From the NCBI RefSeq assembly GCF_000196355.1, contig NC_007614.1, positions 2,820,001 through 2,852,000 of the forward strand: 32,000 bases of DNA, in the 5' to 3' direction. This DNA is from Nitrosospira multiformis ATCC 25196. Lineage in GTDB: Bacteria > Pseudomonadota > Gammaproteobacteria > Burkholderiales > Nitrosomonadaceae. Positions 9,594 through 17,778 of this stretch are shown one piece after another. Below the pieces are notes generated by a model, which saw only the letters and a program-made list of their open reading frames with translations, was not told the DNA's origin and did no database searches. Every line of letters begins with the position of its first letter. Positions within the stretch are counted from its first letter, which is position 1. The translations under genes were made by a program, and so were the position numbers.

Positions 9594-10043
9594 ATGAACG
9601 AATTTAGCGATCAAATATCTGCATACTTTTCTCACGTACCCATGCGGCCCCTGGTTTTGCTGGGAGCGGGAATCGTAGTGGCCGGTATTTATGAGATTTT
9701 CACCCGTAAACGGCGGACAGAGGCCGCTGAAGAATTCCGCTCGGCCATTTTATCCACCCTCTCGGGTCTGTATCCCGAACCTACCAACTGGCCGAGAAGT
9801 ATCGATACTTATCTGCGGGCACGCCTCCCGGTGATGCATGAAATTATCGAGGACTTCAGGTCGAATGTGCGGCAGCAGGATATCCCGGCGTATAACAGGG
9901 ATTGGGATAATTACCAGGAGTTCTGCCGCAATGAGATTACCGATGACAAATGTATTGCTGCGGAAACGAACCCGGGCAGGGAATCAGATCCGAAAAAAAC
10001 TTTTCACCAGCTTGTCTCAAACCTTTTGCGTCATGCGGACTGA
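9594..10043 (+). CDS. Hypothetical single-pass membrane protein (149 aa)
   Basis: One hydrophobic helix (PLVLLGAGIVVAGIYEIF) followed by TRKRR, which by the positive-inside rule places the ~110-aa helical C-terminal domain in the cytoplasm. That domain contains a CX8C. The SD is weak and I recognise no family. Confidence 0.45.
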   Translation: MNEFSDQISAYFSHVPMRPLVLLGAGIVVAGIYEIFTRKRRTEAAEEFRSAILSTLSGLYPEPTNWPRSIDTYLRARLPVMHEIIEDFRSNVRQQDIPAYNRDWDNYQEFCRNEITDDKCIAAETNPGRESDPKKTFHQLVSNLLRHAD

Positions 10044-10495
10044 GGTCTGGACAATAATTTGTAAGGAACGGCCAGCGAGATTCCGAATACGATATGGGTA
10101 GCCAAGGTGATCCAGTCCCGTGCTACCGAGAACCAGGGAAAAATGAGGGTCATTCCGTACATATTCGTTACATAGATGATCAACCCGAAGATAACGCCTG
10201 CCAGCATGGAAACCAACATGCCAGGCCGGGAAATGAGGGGCGCCAGAATCAGGCCATAGGCAATGGAGAGCATGAAATGAATAAAGGTTGCGACGATCAT
10301 GACTTTCCACTCGAATGTGGCAGGTGGCGGGAGGACAGAGGACCCCATCAGCATTGCCGCAGTCAGCCGGGCATCCCGGTAAAAAATGGAGGGGAGTGCG
10401 TCAGTGAATACCCACCAGAGAACAAGCTGAGCACCGGTGGCAACGACACCAGCGATGATTCCCGCAGCAACTGCCGCGCCAGGATTGATGGACAT
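10031..10495 (-). CDS. Hypothetical integral membrane protein (154 aa, ~4 TM helices)
   Basis: Consistently hydrophobic with four helix-length segments. There is no obvious SD. The 3' end overlaps the previous ORF by 13 bp (convergent). Confidence 0.6.
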   Translation of the reverse strand: MSINPGAAVAAGIIAGVVATGAQLVLWWVFTDALPSIFYRDARLTAAMLMGSSVLPPPATFEWKVMIVATFIHFMLSIAYGLILAPLISRPGMLVSMLAGVIFGLIIYVTNMYGMTLIFPWFSVARDWITLATHIVFGISLAVPYKLLSRPQSA

Positions 10496-10697
10496 TTACG
10501 GTAGTGAGAAAAGGTTCTTTACAGCTTCACCGCTGAAACGTATTCGTTCTACAATAATAGTAAACTTTCCGGAGACTTGACCTTGAAGGTTCGGGGCCGG
10601 ACAGTCCTTTTATGGGTGAACATGAAACGGACAAGCAGCCGCCAGCCCACTCCGGAATATAACCTCACGAGATGATAACCGCATAATCATTCACCTC

Positions 10698-11258
10698 ATG
10701 CAAAGTGTCGACCTGACCCATCATTTCCTTATTGCCATGCCCGCCATGACAGATCCCTTCTTTGCGAAGACGCTGACCTATATCTGCGAGCATAGTGACC
10801 AAGGGGCATTGGGCCTGGTGGTGAACCGGCCGATCGATCTCACTTTGAAAGACCTGCTGGATCAGCTTGATATTTCTTCCGATGATCAATTGACACGAAG
10901 ATTTCCAATCATGTTCGGCGGTCCGATACAACTCGACCGTGGCTTCGTCCTCCATCAACCCGTGGGTGAATGGCAATCGACTATGGCAGTGAATGACGAT
11001 GTAGGACTTACCACCTCCCTCGACATTTTACGGGCGATAGCAAACGGCGAGAGTCCCCGGCAACTCCTGGTCGCGCTAGGCTATTCCGGATGGGCACCGG
11101 GCCAGATAGAGCACGAATTATCGCGAAACGCCTGGCTGACGGTGCCTGCCTCCCCGGCCATCATTTTTGAGTTACCGGCAGAAGAACGTTTGACGGCCGC
11201 GATGCGATTGCTTGGAGTGGACTTTTCGAGCCTGTCGGATGAAGTGGGTCATGCCTGA
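10698..11258 (+). CDS. yqgE: YqgE/AlgH family protein (UPF0301)
   Basis: The N-terminus [40 protein letters not shown] is near-identical in pattern to E. coli YqgE. Confidence 0.9.
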   Translation: MQSVDLTHHFLIAMPAMTDPFFAKTLTYICEHSDQGALGLVVNRPIDLTLKDLLDQLDISSDDQLTRRFPIMFGGPIQLDRGFVLHQPVGEWQSTMAVNDDVGLTTSLDILRAIANGESPRQLLVALGYSGWAPGQIEHELSRNAWLTVPASPAIIFELPAEERLTAAMRLLGVDFSSLSDEVGHA

Positions 11259-11331
11259 AGGTATCGCTCATTCGACGAGGGAGCAATACTCAGTCCATTA
11301 CAGGCAGAGCTGACGGATTGGCAATACCGAT

Positions 11332-11787
11332 ATGGAGGAGGCTGAAAAAGCGAGTCAGCCACACGCCGGCACGGCATTGGCCTTCGATTTCGGCGAAAAA
11401 CGAATCGGGGTCGCGATCGGGAACCTGGAATTGGGATTGGCCCATCCTCTTGTTACCCTATCCAACAAGAATAAGGAGGAATGCTTGAAAAGCATCGCTC
11501 GGCTAATGGATGAATGGAAACCAGTTTTACTGGTGGTTGGACTGCCGGTTCATGCGGATGGTACAGAGCACGAGCTTACCCGTCGAAGTCGCCGCTTCGC
11601 GCATCGTCTTCAGGCCCGGTTTGGTATTCGCACTGTCCTGGAGGATGAGCGTTATACTTCGATCAGCGCCAGTTCAGCACTGGACGAAGCGAGTGTCAGG
11701 GGCAGGAGGCAGAAACAGGTGCTGGATCAGATCGCGGCTCAGCTGATATTGCAATCTTATTTTGACCAACGAAATGCAACTACCTGA
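11332..11787 (+). CDS. ruvX: Putative pre-16S rRNA nuclease / Holliday junction resolvase-like protein YqgF
   Basis: Contains the ALAFDFGEKRIGVAIGN motif and keeps the conserved yqgE-yqgF pairing. Confidence 0.9.
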   Translation: MEEAEKASQPHAGTALAFDFGEKRIGVAIGNLELGLAHPLVTLSNKNKEECLKSIARLMDEWKPVLLVVGLPVHADGTEHELTRRSRRFAHRLQARFGIRTVLEDERYTSISASSALDEASVRGRRQKQVLDQIAAQLILQSYFDQRNATT

Positions 11788-12283
11788 AGCGGAAGACCTG
11801 CTGGCTGTGCTGACTGCCCGGATACGGCAAGGCATTTCCGCTGATACCGCAGTCGTAGGAATTCATACCGGCGGAGTATGGCTTGCGGAAAGGCTGCACA
11901 GGGCTCTGCAACTGGCGCTTCCCCTGGGAGCGCTGGATGTCTCCTTCTATCGCGACGACTTTGGACAGATTGGTCTGCATCCTCAGATCAGACCTTCGGA
12001 TATCCCGTTCAAAGTGGAAGGAAGCCACATCATTCTCGTCGATGATGTGCTTTATACGGGACGAACGATCCGCGCTGCCATCAACGAATTATTCGATTAC
12101 GGGCGGCCGGCCAGCATTCGCCTGGCTGCCCTGATAGACAGGGGCGGAAGAGAGCTTCCCATTGCTGCACAGTACATTGGTGCAGCGCTGGATGTACCCC
12201 CTGCAAAAATGCTCGCGCTGGAAAAGAAAGCAGATGGAAAGCTGGGCCTGAGCCTGTACGACAAGCGCCCGGGCAATGAGTAA
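11774..12283 (+). CDS. pyrR: Bifunctional pyrimidine operon regulator / uracil phosphoribosyltransferase PyrR
   Basis: Contains [14 protein letters not shown] and the PRPP-binding loop [16 protein letters not shown]. The start is ambiguous: I chose the ATG at 11774 (overlaps ruvX by 14 nt); the alternative is the TTG at 11762. Confidence 0.88.
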
Positions 12284-13226
12284 TAATCCCCAGCTGAACA
12301 AAAGCGGTCAACTGCAGCATCTCTTGACTACCGAGGGACTGCCCGCCTCGATTCTCCTGAATATTCTCGATACTGCCGAACCGTTCGTCGGGGTCACGGA
12401 ACGTGACGTCAAGAAAGTGCCGCTGTTGCGCGGAAAATCCATATTCAACCTGTTCTTCGAACCTAGTACGCGGACACGCACGACATTTGAAATTGCCGCA
12501 AAACGGTTGTCTGCCGATGTCATCAATCTCAACATTGCAGCCTCGTCCCAATCCAAAGGAGAGACACTGCTGGACACAGTGAACAATCTTTCCGCCATGC
12601 ATGCCGATATGTTCGTGGTGAGGCATGCTCAGAGCGGCGCTGCACATCTCATTGCGCAGCATGTCCGCTCTGACATTCACGTCATCAATGCAGGGGATGG
12701 CCGGCACGCGCATCCCACGCAGGCCCTGCTCGACATGTTTACCATTCGTCGCTGCAAGCGCGACTTTCATAACCTGCGCGTCGCCATAGTGGGCGACATC
12801 CTTCATTCCCGGGTGGCCCGCTCGCAGATCCATGCGTTGACGACGCTCGGGGTACCGGAAGTACGTGTCATCGCACCCAAGACATTGCTGCCCGCCAAGG
12901 TCGAACGTCTGGGCGTGCATGTTTACCATGATATGGCGAAAGGACTGAAGGACGTCGATGTGCTCATGATGCTTCGTCTGCAAAACGAACGCATGCTCAG
13001 CGCGCGCCTTCCGAGCACCGAAGAATATTTCAAATATTACGGGCTCACTCCCGAAAAACTGGCGCTGGCGAAGCCGGATGCAATCGTTCTGCATCCCGGA
13101 CCCATGAACCGTGGGGTTGAGATCGATTCGGTCGTAGCCGATGGGAAGCAATCTGTAATTTTGCCCCAGGTAACATTCGGCATCGCAGTGCGCATGGCGG
13201 TAATGTCCATTCTGGCCGGAAGCTGA
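12276..13226 (+). CDS. pyrB: Aspartate carbamoyltransferase catalytic chain
   Basis: Carbamoyl-phosphate site [13 protein letters not shown] plus HPTQALLD. The ATG overlaps the pyrR stop (ATGAGTAA). Confidence 0.95.
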
Positions 13227-13231
13227 AAGTC

Positions 13232-14506
13232 ATGAACATCGCCATCCGCAATGGTCGCGTCATCGACCCGAAAAACAGCTTCGATCGCGTAACGGACATT
13301 TACATCCAGTCAGGCAAAATCGCCTCTCTCGGAGCCGTCCCGCCAGGCTTTGAGGCACGCCGGGAAATAAACGCGCAGGGATTGATCGTGTGTCCCGGGC
13401 TTGTGGATCTGTCGGCCCGGCTACGGGAACCCGGCCTGGAATACAAGGCGACGCTTGAATCGGAAATGGGAGCCGCGGTGGCGGGGGGTGTTACAAGCCT
13501 GGCATGTCCCCCCGATACCGATCCTGTGCTGGACGAACCCGGGCTGGTGGAAATGCTGAAGTATCGCGCAAGGAGCCGCAATCAGACGCGTGTGTATCCC
13601 ATTGGAGCGCTTACCCGTGGATTGAGAGGGGAATGGCTGACGGAGATGGCTGAGCTGCACAGCGCGGGATGCGTTGCATTCGGCCAGTCGGACAGGCCGC
13701 TTCCCAACAACCGGGTGCTCATGCAGGCAATGCAGTATGCCTCCACCTTCGGGTTTTGCCTGTGGCTGCGTCCCCAGGATGTAAATCTCGCTGACGGCGG
13801 AGTTGCCCACGATGGGGAAGTGGCAACGCGCCTTGGGTTGGCCCCCATTCCCGTGTGCGCCGAAACTGTCGCCCTGTCCCACATCATCCTGATGGCAAAA
13901 GAAACGGGCGCCCGGGTGCACTTGTGCCGTATCTCCAGCGCGGAAGGTGTGACCATGACACGCGCCGCCCGCAAGCAGGGATTATCTATTACCTGCGACG
14001 TTGCGGCCAATCACGTCCACCTGTCTGAAATGGATATCGGTTTCTTCGATTCCAATTGTCATCTGGTGCCACCGTTGAGAAGTCTGGGAGACCGCGACGC
14101 CTTGCGCGCAGGACTGCTGGATGGCACTATAGATGCCATATGCTCCGACCACGCTCCCGTGGACGAGGATGCAAAGCTGCTGCCCTTTGCCGAGGCCGAG
14201 GCCGGCGCAACCGGCCTCGAATTACTCCTGCCGCTTACACTGAAATGGGCGGCGGAAACGAAGCTGCCCCTGGTAGTCGCACTATCGAAGATCACGAGGG
14301 AACCTGCCCGCATCCTTGGGGTGGAAGCCGGCCATCTCACGCCCGGGGGCAATGCCGATCTGTGCATTTTCGACCCTGATCATTACTGGACGATTGAAGC
14401 GCCGACACTCAAAAGCCAGGGCAAGAACACGCCATTCCTGGGCTGGGAACTGCAAGGCAAGGTAAAATATACGCTGATCAACGGAAACGTTGTTTACGTG
14501 GACTAG
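13232..14506 (+). CDS. Dihydroorotase-like protein, predicted non-catalytic (PyrC'-type ATCase partner)
   Basis: The amidohydrolase/DHOase fold is recognisable (CSDHAPV..., GATGLE). The N-terminal metal motif D-x-H-x-H is replaced: VDLSARLREPG where active enzymes have DLHVHLREPG. The gene sits 5 nt after pyrB. Confidence 0.88.
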   Translation: MNIAIRNGRVIDPKNSFDRVTDIYIQSGKIASLGAVPPGFEARREINAQGLIVCPGLVDLSARLREPGLEYKATLESEMGAAVAGGVTSLACPPDTDPVLDEPGLVEMLKYRARSRNQTRVYPIGALTRGLRGEWLTEMAELHSAGCVAFGQSDRPLPNNRVLMQAMQYASTFGFCLWLRPQDVNLADGGVAHDGEVATRLGLAPIPVCAETVALSHIILMAKETGARVHLCRISSAEGVTMTRAARKQGLSITCDVAANHVHLSEMDIGFFDSNCHLVPPLRSLGDRDALRAGLLDGTIDAICSDHAPVDEDAKLLPFAEAEAGATGLELLLPLTLKWAAETKLPLVVALSKITREPARILGVEAGHLTPGGNADLCIFDPDHYWTIEAPTLKSQGKNTPFLGWELQGKVKYTLINGNVVYVD

Positions 14507-14566
14507 GGTCGCAACACGGCATGCATTTTCGAGTTCTCTTCTTTCAAACTGACTGAATTTCCATCA

Positions 14567-16678
14567 ATGAACCCTTTGCTCGATTTTTCCGGATTGCCGC
14601 GCTTTGCCGAGATTCGTCCCGAACATATCACACCGGCTGTAAGTCAATTGCTGGGTGACAATCGCGCCCTCATTGGACGCGTACGGGAGGATACGGATGT
14701 GCCGACCTGGGACAACTTCGTTCAGCCCATGGCGGATGCCAACGAGCGGCTCTCCCGTGCATGGGGACAGGTATCCCATTTGAATGCGGTGGTAAACACG
14801 CCGGAACTGCGGGAGGCTTATAATGCCAACCTGCCTCTTGTCACGCAGTATTATGCGGAACTGGCCCAGGATCAGGTGCTATTCGAAAAATTCAAGGAAT
14901 TGCGCGGCAGCAGGGAATTCGAAGGATTGAGTTCTGCGCGGAAAAAGGTCATCGAGAATGAGTTGCGGGACTTCCGGCTGGGCGGGGCAGAACTGCCCGC
15001 CGAGAAGAAAGCGCGTTTCCTCCAGATTCAGGAAGAGCTGTCAGCGCTGGGCTCACGCTTCAACGACAATCTTCTGGACGCCACCAACGCGTTTGTATTG
15101 CACGTGGAGGACGCCGGTGAGCTTTCCGGTATTCCCGATGACGTATTGCAAACAGCGAGAGAAGTTGCGGCAAGAGATAATGCAAGTGGCTGGAAGTTCA
15201 CCTTGCACGCGCCTTCGTATCTGCCTCTTATGCAATACGCGGACAACAGGAAGCTGCGTGAAAAAATGTACCGCGCTTATTCAACCCGTGCCAGCGAACT
15301 GAACGCAGCCGCCCTTCCATCCGGGGATACAGGCAATCTGGATAATACCCCCCTCATTGCCCGAATACTTGAACTGCGCAAGGAAGAATCGCAGCTACTT
15401 GGATTCGAATGCTATGCCGAAGTATCACTGGCGACGAAGATGGCTTCGACTCCGGTCCAGGTGCTGGACTTTCTTGGCGAACTCGCCGACAAGGCCAGGC
15501 CGTATGCCGAACGCGACCTGAAGGAGTTGAGCCAGTTTGCGGCCGAGAAGCTGCAACTGGATACCCTCGAAGCGTGGGATCTGGCGTACGTCAGCGAAAA
15601 GCTGCGCCTGGAGCGTTATGCCTTCTCAGAACAGGAAGTAAAGCAGTATTTCCCGGAAACGAGCGTGCTGCCGGGTATGTTTGGTCTGGTAGAGAATCTT
15701 TACGGCATCAACATCACTCCGGTGGAAGCAACCACGGTTCAACTCTGGCATGCGGATGCCAAGCTGTTCAATATAGGCGACAGTGAGGGCAAGCTTCTCG
15801 GCCGGTTCTATCTCGATCTCTACGCCCGACCCGGCAAACGGGGAGGAGGGTGGATGGATGATGCGATCAGCCGACGCCGCTATGTTGGAGGTGCGGACAA
15901 CCGGGAATACGCGGTGCAAGCGCCCGTCGCATACCTCAACTGTAACTTTTCCGGACCTGTCCCTCATGGAGAGAAAGTTCGCCCTGCCCTGTTCACTCAT
16001 GATGAAGTCATTACTCTGTTTCATGAATTCGGACATGGCCTCCATCACCTGTTAACCCAGGTGGACGATCTCGGCGTATCCGGCATCCATGGCGTAGAAT
16101 GGGATGCGGTTGAGTTGCCCAGCCAGTTCATGGAAAACTTCTGCTGGGAATGGGAGGTAATCAGCAGGATGGCAAGACATGTGGATACGGATGCATCCAT
16201 GCCGCGTGAACTGTTCGACAAGATGCTGGCGGGGAAGAATTTCCAGAGCGGCCTGCAGATGCTCAGGCAGCTCGAGTTTGCACTGTTCGACATGCATTTG
16301 CATTTCGATTTCGATCCGTATGGCCAGAAAACCGCGCAGCAACTGCTCGATGAAGTCCGCGAGCAGGTTGCCGTCATCATTCCTCCCGCCTTCAACCGCT
16401 TTCCCAACAGTTTCTCGCATATCTTCGGCGGAGGCTATGCCGCCGGATATTACAGTTACAAATGGGCGGAAGTGTTGTCTGCGGATGCATACAGCATGTT
16501 CGAGGAAAACCCTGCGGGTACCGTAGTCGATTCCGAAACCGGACTACGCTTCTGGAAAGAAATCCTCGCGGTAGGGGGAAGCCGGCCGACACTGGAATCT
16601 TTTATTGCGTTCCGGGGACGCGGGCCAGAAATAAATGCGCTTCTGCGGCATAACGGCATGGCTCCAGCACCTGCATAA
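14567..16678 (+). CDS. prlC: Oligopeptidase A (M3 family zinc metallopeptidase)
   Basis: HEFGH zinc site (LFHEFGHGLHHLL). The N-terminus MNPLLDFSGLPRFAEIRPEHITPAV parallels E. coli PrlC. 703 aa. Confidence 0.93.
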   Translation: MNPLLDFSGLPRFAEIRPEHITPAVSQLLGDNRALIGRVREDTDVPTWDNFVQPMADANERLSRAWGQVSHLNAVVNTPELREAYNANLPLVTQYYAELAQDQVLFEKFKELRGSREFEGLSSARKKVIENELRDFRLGGAELPAEKKARFLQIQEELSALGSRFNDNLLDATNAFVLHVEDAGELSGIPDDVLQTAREVAARDNASGWKFTLHAPSYLPLMQYADNRKLREKMYRAYSTRASELNAAALPSGDTGNLDNTPLIARILELRKEESQLLGFECYAEVSLATKMASTPVQVLDFLGELADKARPYAERDLKELSQFAAEKLQLDTLEAWDLAYVSEKLRLERYAFSEQEVKQYFPETSVLPGMFGLVENLYGINITPVEATTVQLWHADAKLFNIGDSEGKLLGRFYLDLYARPGKRGGGWMDDAISRRRYVGGADNREYAVQAPVAYLNCNFSGPVPHGEKVRPALFTHDEVITLFHEFGHGLHHLLTQVDDLGVSGIHGVEWDAVELPSQFMENFCWEWEVISRMARHVDTDASMPRELFDKMLAGKNFQSGLQMLRQLEFALFDMHLHFDFDPYGQKTAQQLLDEVREQVAVIIPPAFNRFPNSFSHIFGGGYAAGYYSYKWAEVLSADAYSMFEENPAGTVVDSETGLRFWKEILAVGGSRPTLESFIAFRGRGPEINALLRHNGMAPAPA

Positions 16679-16880
16679 CCCGCCGAGAAAAAAGGTAATG
16701 AAGCTTAAATCAACTTCATCCTGCAACTGAATTTGGGAATCCAGAATACGAGGCTCATGCTTTCCCCTATACCGGTTACAACCTGCAATCGCGAGAAGAT
16801 TCCCGCAATTCGATTATTTGAATCCAGGAATGTGAAAAACCATAAGTAACTCAGCAGCATCGACTATAGGAGAAAATCAG

Positions 16881-17447
16881 ATGAAAGGTGTGACACGGGA
16901 AGTCATTACGGCAATGATGCTGACAATAGCATTGGGGGGTTGTGCGCAAAAGCCGCCCGCCCCGAAAGTGGAGGAGCAGGCCCAGAAATACAGTGACGGT
17001 GAACTGCCGCTGCCGGATAACTATAAAAGCTGGCCCAAATTTCTATCCGAAGTACAGCGTCCGGACAATAAGCAAGTCCGTGAAATCTATATCAATCCCA
17101 CCGGTTACGAGACCAAGATGGGAGAGGCTTTCCCTAATGGAACCATTACGGTGATGGAAATCTATAAGGCAGGCGAGGCGGCTGACGGAACGCCGCTCAA
17201 GGGACCGGACGGCAAGCTCGTCAAAGGGGAATTGCAGAAGATCGGCGTCATGGCGAAAGGAGCCGGGTGGGGTGAAAGCGTACCGCCAGAACTCAGGAAT
17301 GGAGACTGGGTATATTCAATGTATATGGCGGACGGTAAAACTAAAGCGTCCGATGATCTCAATACCTGCCGCGGGTGCCACCTGCCTTTGAAAGACAAAG
17401 ATTATATTTTCCGCTACGACGAGTATTTCCAGAAGCGGGCAAGCTGA
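16881..17447 (+). CDS. Cytochrome P460 / cytochrome c'-beta superfamily lipoprotein (Met at the Lys cross-link position)
   Basis: SD AGGAGA lies 6 nt upstream. Lipobox ALGGC (Cys21). A single CXXCH (CRGCH, 17367-17381) lies near the C-terminus. The LPLPDNYKSW and FPNGTITVMEI blocks match my recollection of N. europaea cyt P460 (LLLPKNYREW, FRDGTVTVKEL). Confidence 0.8.
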   Translation: MKGVTREVITAMMLTIALGGCAQKPPAPKVEEQAQKYSDGELPLPDNYKSWPKFLSEVQRPDNKQVREIYINPTGYETKMGEAFPNGTITVMEIYKAGEAADGTPLKGPDGKLVKGELQKIGVMAKGAGWGESVPPELRNGDWVYSMYMADGKTKASDDLNTCRGCHLPLKDKDYIFRYDEYFQKRAS

Positions 17448-17520
17448 TCGGCATCGACGTATTGAACCACCCATTAAAATTGGGTATTGAAACTGTTTCA
17501 GGAAGCAACCTCTGCATTCC

Positions 17521-17542
17521 GCCGCCGGGCCCCCTCGGCGGC
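17521..17542. other. GC-rich hairpin in the convergent P460/secA spacer
   Basis: GCCGCCG (17521-17527) and CGGCGGC (17536-17542) form a perfect 7-bp stem with an 8-nt loop. No U-run follows on either strand, so it is not a canonical intrinsic terminator. Confidence 0.4.
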
Positions 17543-17778
17543 AAAACAACGAGCAAGTTCATTTAAGGCAGTCCGATTACATCCTGCTATCCTGCCGGCC
17601 CTCGTTTCTGTCAGTCCCTTTTCTTTCGGTTATCCTGTTAAGTGGGGGACCGGTACCAGTATCGCTCCCTCTCGGCTTTATGTCGGGGCGCATAGCCGTT
17701 ACCGGAACTGGAATGTTCTTTGCGCCGTGCCGTATTGCATATCAAAATAGACTGAGCTGCGCAGATAAACGGGAGAGA

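Noticed and set aside
9508-10657. A direct repeat CACTCCGGAA at 9508-9517 and 10648-10657 brackets the two unknown membrane-protein genes, as a target-site duplication or att sites would.
   Set aside because: It is only 10 bp exact, with weak flanking similarity. A 10-mer recurrence within a ~2-kb span is expected by chance about once or twice. There is no integrase or transposase, no terminal inverted repeats, and the ORFs have near-average GC by hand count (about 52% over 9601-9780).
10671-10692. A Fur-box-like AT-rich sequence, GATGATAACCGCATAATCATTC, just upstream of yqgE/algH.
   Set aside because: Only partial hexamer matches (ATAATCATT, GATGATAA), separated by a GC insert that breaks the 19-bp consensus register. 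There is also no iron-related gene context.
16798-16830. An imperfect palindrome, ATTCC...AATTCGATTATTTGAAT...GGAAT, upstream of the P460-family gene, as a candidate FNR, NsrR or NnrR operator.
   Set aside because: It matches neither the TTGAT-N4-ATCAA consensus nor any operator I can name. Only 6 of 8 positions pair in the core, so it is not supportable without comparative data.
17685-17695. GGGGCGCATAG in the convergent spacer resembles the XerC arm of a dif site (GGTGCGCATAA).
   Set aside because: The adjacent sequence (CCGTTACCGGAACTGGA) has no match to the central region or to the highly conserved XerD arm (TTATGTTAAAT), so it is a half-site by chance.
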